A model generated the notes under the pieces. The model had not been told where the DNA came from. It was given only the letters and a program-made list of their open reading frames with translations, and did no database searches. From the human T2T-CHM13v2.0 reference genome, Homo sapiens: a DNA stretch of 64,000 nucleotides. Both the position numbers and the translations under genes were made by a program. Of this stretch, positions 59,865 to 64,000 are shown in pieces. Numbering within the stretch: position 1 is the first letter of the stretch; each line of letters starts with the position of its first letter. The DNA is taken from assembly GCF_009914755.1 (NCBI RefSeq), contig NC_060945.1; one strand, 5' to 3'.

Positions 59865-59940
59865 TTTATTTTGACTGAATCTCTCTCTGCCCCCATACTG
59901 GAGTGCAGTGGCAAAATCTTAGTTCACATTTCATTTCACC
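59865..59940 (-). repeat. Alu-derived spacer 35
   Basis: ACTGGAGTGCAGTGGCAAAATCTTAG core. Confidence 0.86.
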
Positions 59941-60905
59941 ATTCCATTCCATTCCATTCCATTCTATTCCATTGCATTCCTTTCCACTGCACTCCGATCC
60001 ATTCCATTCCATTCCATTCCATTCCATTCCATTCTATTCCATTCCAATCCACTCCACTGCACTCCAATCCATTCCATGCCATTCCACTCCCCTTGATTCC
60101 ATTCCGCTCCACTCCATTCCATTCCACTACATTCCATTCCATTCCGTTCCACTCCAATCCATTCCATTCCATTCCATTCCATTCCATTCCATTCCATTGC
60201 ATTCCATTCCACTGCACTCCGATCCATTCCATGCAATTCCTCTCCACTCGATTCCATTCCACTCCACTCCATTCCATTCCACTACATTCCATTCCATTCC
60301 ATTCCACTCCACTCCATTCCATTCCACTCCACTTCATTCCATTCCATTCCATTCCATTCCATTCCATTCCATTACACTCCAATCCATTCCATTCCATTCC
60401 ACTCCATTCCATTCCATTCCACTTCACTCCATTCCATTCCACTCCACTCAGCTCCACTCCATTCCATTGCATTGCATTGCATTCCATTCCACTCCATTCC
60501 ATTCCATTCCATTCCATTCTGGTCCATTCCATTCCATTCCACTGCACTCCATTCCATTACACTCCATTCCTCTCCGCTACTCTTCACTCCTCTCTACTCT
60601 GTTCAATTCCATTCCATTCCATTACATTGCACTCTGATCCACTCCACGCAACTCCACTCCATTGCATTCCGTTCCATTCTGTTCCATTCTGTTCCGTTCC
60701 GTTGCACTCAGTTCCTTTATACTCCACTCCATTCCACTCCACTCCACTCCATTCTTTTCCATTCCACTCCCTTCCATTCCATTCCATTCCACTCCATTCC
60801 CGTCCATTGCACTCCACTCCATTCCACTCCACTGCACTCCATTCCACTCCATTCCTTTCCATTCCACTCCATTGCTTTCCATTCCAATCCATTAAATTCC
60901 ATGCC

Positions 60906-60980
60906 ATTATTTCTACTGGATCTCACTCTGTCACCCAGACTGTTGTGTAGTGGCACAACCTTAGCTCACATTTTTTCACC
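60906..60980 (-). repeat. Alu-derived spacer 36
   Basis: GGATCTCACTCTGTCACCCAGACTG core. Confidence 0.88.
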
Positions 60981-62270
60981 ATTCCATTCCACTCCATTCC
61001 ATTCCATTCCATTCCATTCCATTCCATTCCATTCTATTCCCTTCCATTCCATTCCATCCCACTCCAATCCACTCCATTCCACTCAACTCCACAAAAGTCC
61101 ACTGCCTTCCATTGCATTTCATTCCACTCCATTCCATTCCATTCCACTCAATTCCATTCCATCCCATTCCAGTGCACTCTGATCCATTCCTCTCAACTCC
61201 ACACCACTCCATTCCGTTCCTTTCCATTCCATTCCATTCCATTCTGTTCCATTTCACTCCATTCCTTTCCACTCCACTCCATTCCATTCCACTCCATTTC
61301 ACTCCATTCCACTCCATTTCACTCCATTCCACTCCTTTCCACTCCACTCCAGTCCTCTCCACTCGACAGCACTCCACTCCTTTCCATTCCATTTCAACCC
61401 ACTGCGCTCTGATTCACTCCACTAGACTCCAATCCACTCCAGTCCACTGCATTCCACTATGTTCATTTCCGTTCCATTCCTTTCCATTACACTCCATTCC
61501 ATTCCAATCCACTCCATTCCATTGCACTCCATTTCACTCCACTCCACTCCCCTTCACTCCATTCCACTCCATTCCATTTAATTACACTCCAATCCATTCT
61601 ATTCCATTTCACTCCATTCCACTATATTCCACTCCACCCCATTCCACTACACTCCATTTCACTCCACGGCTCTCCATTCCACTCCAATCCACTCCAATCT
61701 ACCCTGTTCCATTCCACGGCACTCCATTCCACTCCACTCTACCCTGTTCCATTCCACTACACTTCATTATTATCCGTTCCATTCTATTCCATTCCACTGC
61801 CCTCTGATCCACTCCACTCCACTCCACTCCACTCCACTCCACTCCATTCCGTTCCATTCCATTCCATTCGTTTCCATTCCATTTCGTTCCGTTCCATTCC
61901 ATTCCATTCCAGTCCACTCCTTTCCATTACACTCCGTTCCACTCCACTCCACTCCACTCCGTTCCATTCCATTCCATTCCATTCCATTCCATTCCATTCC
62001 TCTGCACTCCAATCCACTACTCTAAATTCCATTCTGATGCACTCCACTGCACTCCGTTTCATTTTGTTCCGTTCTGTTCCATTCTGTTCCGTTCTGTTCC
62101 ATTCTTTTCTGTTCCATTGCATTCCACTCCATTCCATTCAACTACACTCCATTCCACTCCACTCCACTCCATTCCATTCCGTTCCATTCCACTCTCTTCC
62201 ACTCCGTTCCACTCCATTCCATTCCACTCCACTCCATTCAATTCCATTCTACTCCATTCCATTCCACTCC

Positions 62271-62347
62271 ATTATTTCAATTGGCTCTCACTCTGTCACC
62301 CAGACTGGAATGCAGTGGCACAGTCTTACCTCACATTTCGTTTGAGA
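62271..62347 (-). repeat. Alu-derived spacer 37
   Basis: TCTCACTCTGTCACCCAGACTGGAATGCAGTGGCAC; shares variants with spacer 32. Confidence 0.88.
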
Positions 62348-63591
62348 ATTCCATTCCATTCCATTCCATTCCACTTCAGTCCCCTCCACTCCACTCAACT
62401 CCACACAACTCCACTCCATTCCATTCCATTCCACTCCACTCCACTCCATTCCATTCCACTCCACTCCATTCCATTTCATTGCATTCCATTCCATTCCACT
62501 CCATTCCATTCCACTCCATTCCACTGCACTCCACTTCACTCCACTCTACTCTACTACATTCTATTCCATTCCATTCCACTGCACTCTGATCCACTCCACT
62601 CAACTCCACTCCACTCCACTACTCTACACTCTGTTCCATTCCGTTCCATTCCATTCCTTCCATTCTATTCTAATCCATTCCCTTCCTCTCCACTCCATTC
62701 CACTCCACTCCATTTCACTCCATTCCACTCCATTTCACTCGACTCAACGGCACTCCATTACATTCCACTTCATTCCATTCCATTCCACCCCATTCCATTC
62801 CATTCCATTCCACTCCACTCCCTTCCATTCCACTCCACTCCACTACATTCCACGACACTCCATTCTACTCCATTCCATTCCATTCCATTACGCTTCTCTC
62901 CATTCCACTAAATTCCATTCCATTCCTTTCTACTGCACTTTTATCCACTCCACACAGCTCCACTCCACTCCACTCTGTTCCCTTCTGATCAATTCCATTC
63001 CATTGCATTCCATTCCGTTCCATTCCATTCCATTCCATTCCACTCCACTCGACTCCATTCCATTCCACTCCATTCTACTCCATTCCACTCCACTCCACTC
63101 CACGCCAGTCCACTCCACTGCACTCCACTCCACTCCATTCCATTCCATTTCACTGCACTCCAATCCACTCCACTCAACTCCACTCCAATTCACTCCACTA
63201 CGTTCCGTTCCATTCCATTCCATTCCATTCCATTCCATTCCACTCCATTCCATTCCACTCCATTTCACTCCATTACACTCCATTCCACTCCACTACACTC
63301 CCCTCCCTTCCATTTCACTCCATTCCATTCCATTCCACTCCATTCCATTCCATTCCATTCCATTCCATTCCATTCCATTCCATTCCTTTCCATTCCTCTC
63401 CACTCCACTCCTTTCCACTCCACTACACCCCATTCCACTCCACTCCACTCCATTCCACTTCTATCCATTCCACTCCACTCCGTTACATTCTACTCCACCT
63501 CATGTCATTCCACTCCATTCCATTCCACTCCATTCCACTCCACTCCACTCCTCTCCATTCCATTCTTCTTTACTCTATTCCATTCCATTCC

Positions 63592-63668
63592 TTTATTTCG
63601 ATTGGATCTCACTCTGTCACCCAGACTGGAGTGCAGTGGCACAATCTTAGCGCACATTACATTTCATC
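63592..63668 (-). repeat. Alu-derived spacer 38
   Basis: Near-consensus copy. Confidence 0.9.
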
Positions 63669-64000
63669 TTTCCATTCCATGGCATTCCATTCCATTCCAT
63701 TCTATTATATTCTACTCCACTCCACTCCACTCCATTCCATTCCACTCCACCCCTTTCCTTTCCTTTCCTTTCCTTTCAATTCCACTCCTTTCCATTCCAT
63801 TCCATTCCATTCCACTTCACTCCAAACCACTCCAGTCATATCCTCTCCACTCCACTACGTTCCATTCCGTTCAACTCCATTCTCGTCCATTCCATTCCGT
63901 TTCATTCCATTCCATTCCATTCCAATCCAGTCCATTGCATTCCACTCGATTCCACTCCAATTCACTCAACTCCACTCCATTCCATTCCATTCCATTCCAT

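Noticed and set aside
63751-63778. (CCTTT)n run
   Set aside because: Only about five units of a one-base pentamer variant; ordinary local slippage.

Overview
The window is primate (most likely human) classical Satellite III (HSat3) heterochromatin: a diverged (CATTC/CACTC)n pentamer array, C-rich strand on +, with no strand switch. It contains no credible protein-coding or RNA genes; the ORF track is translated pentamers. The interest is architectural. (1) I count 38 copies of a ~77-bp Alu-3'-end-derived spacer, all in one orientation, dividing the array into modules. (2) A near-identical duplication at offset 27,667 bp (1-20602 = 27668-48269) ends right after one of these spacers. Its junction carries an ~82-bp tract identical to sequence 1,379 bp upstream, behind 35 bp of spacer homology. 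(3) A full-length Alu with all five AluYa5 diagnostic bases (compared with the consensus from memory) is inserted inside a spacer with a 14-bp TSD. (4) There are older nested duplications from ~60 bp to several kb. All alignments and counts were made by eye and need computational confirmation. I found no new gene system; the best novel hypothesis is that the Alu-derived spacers act as preferred recombination, template-switch and insertion nodes in this satellite.
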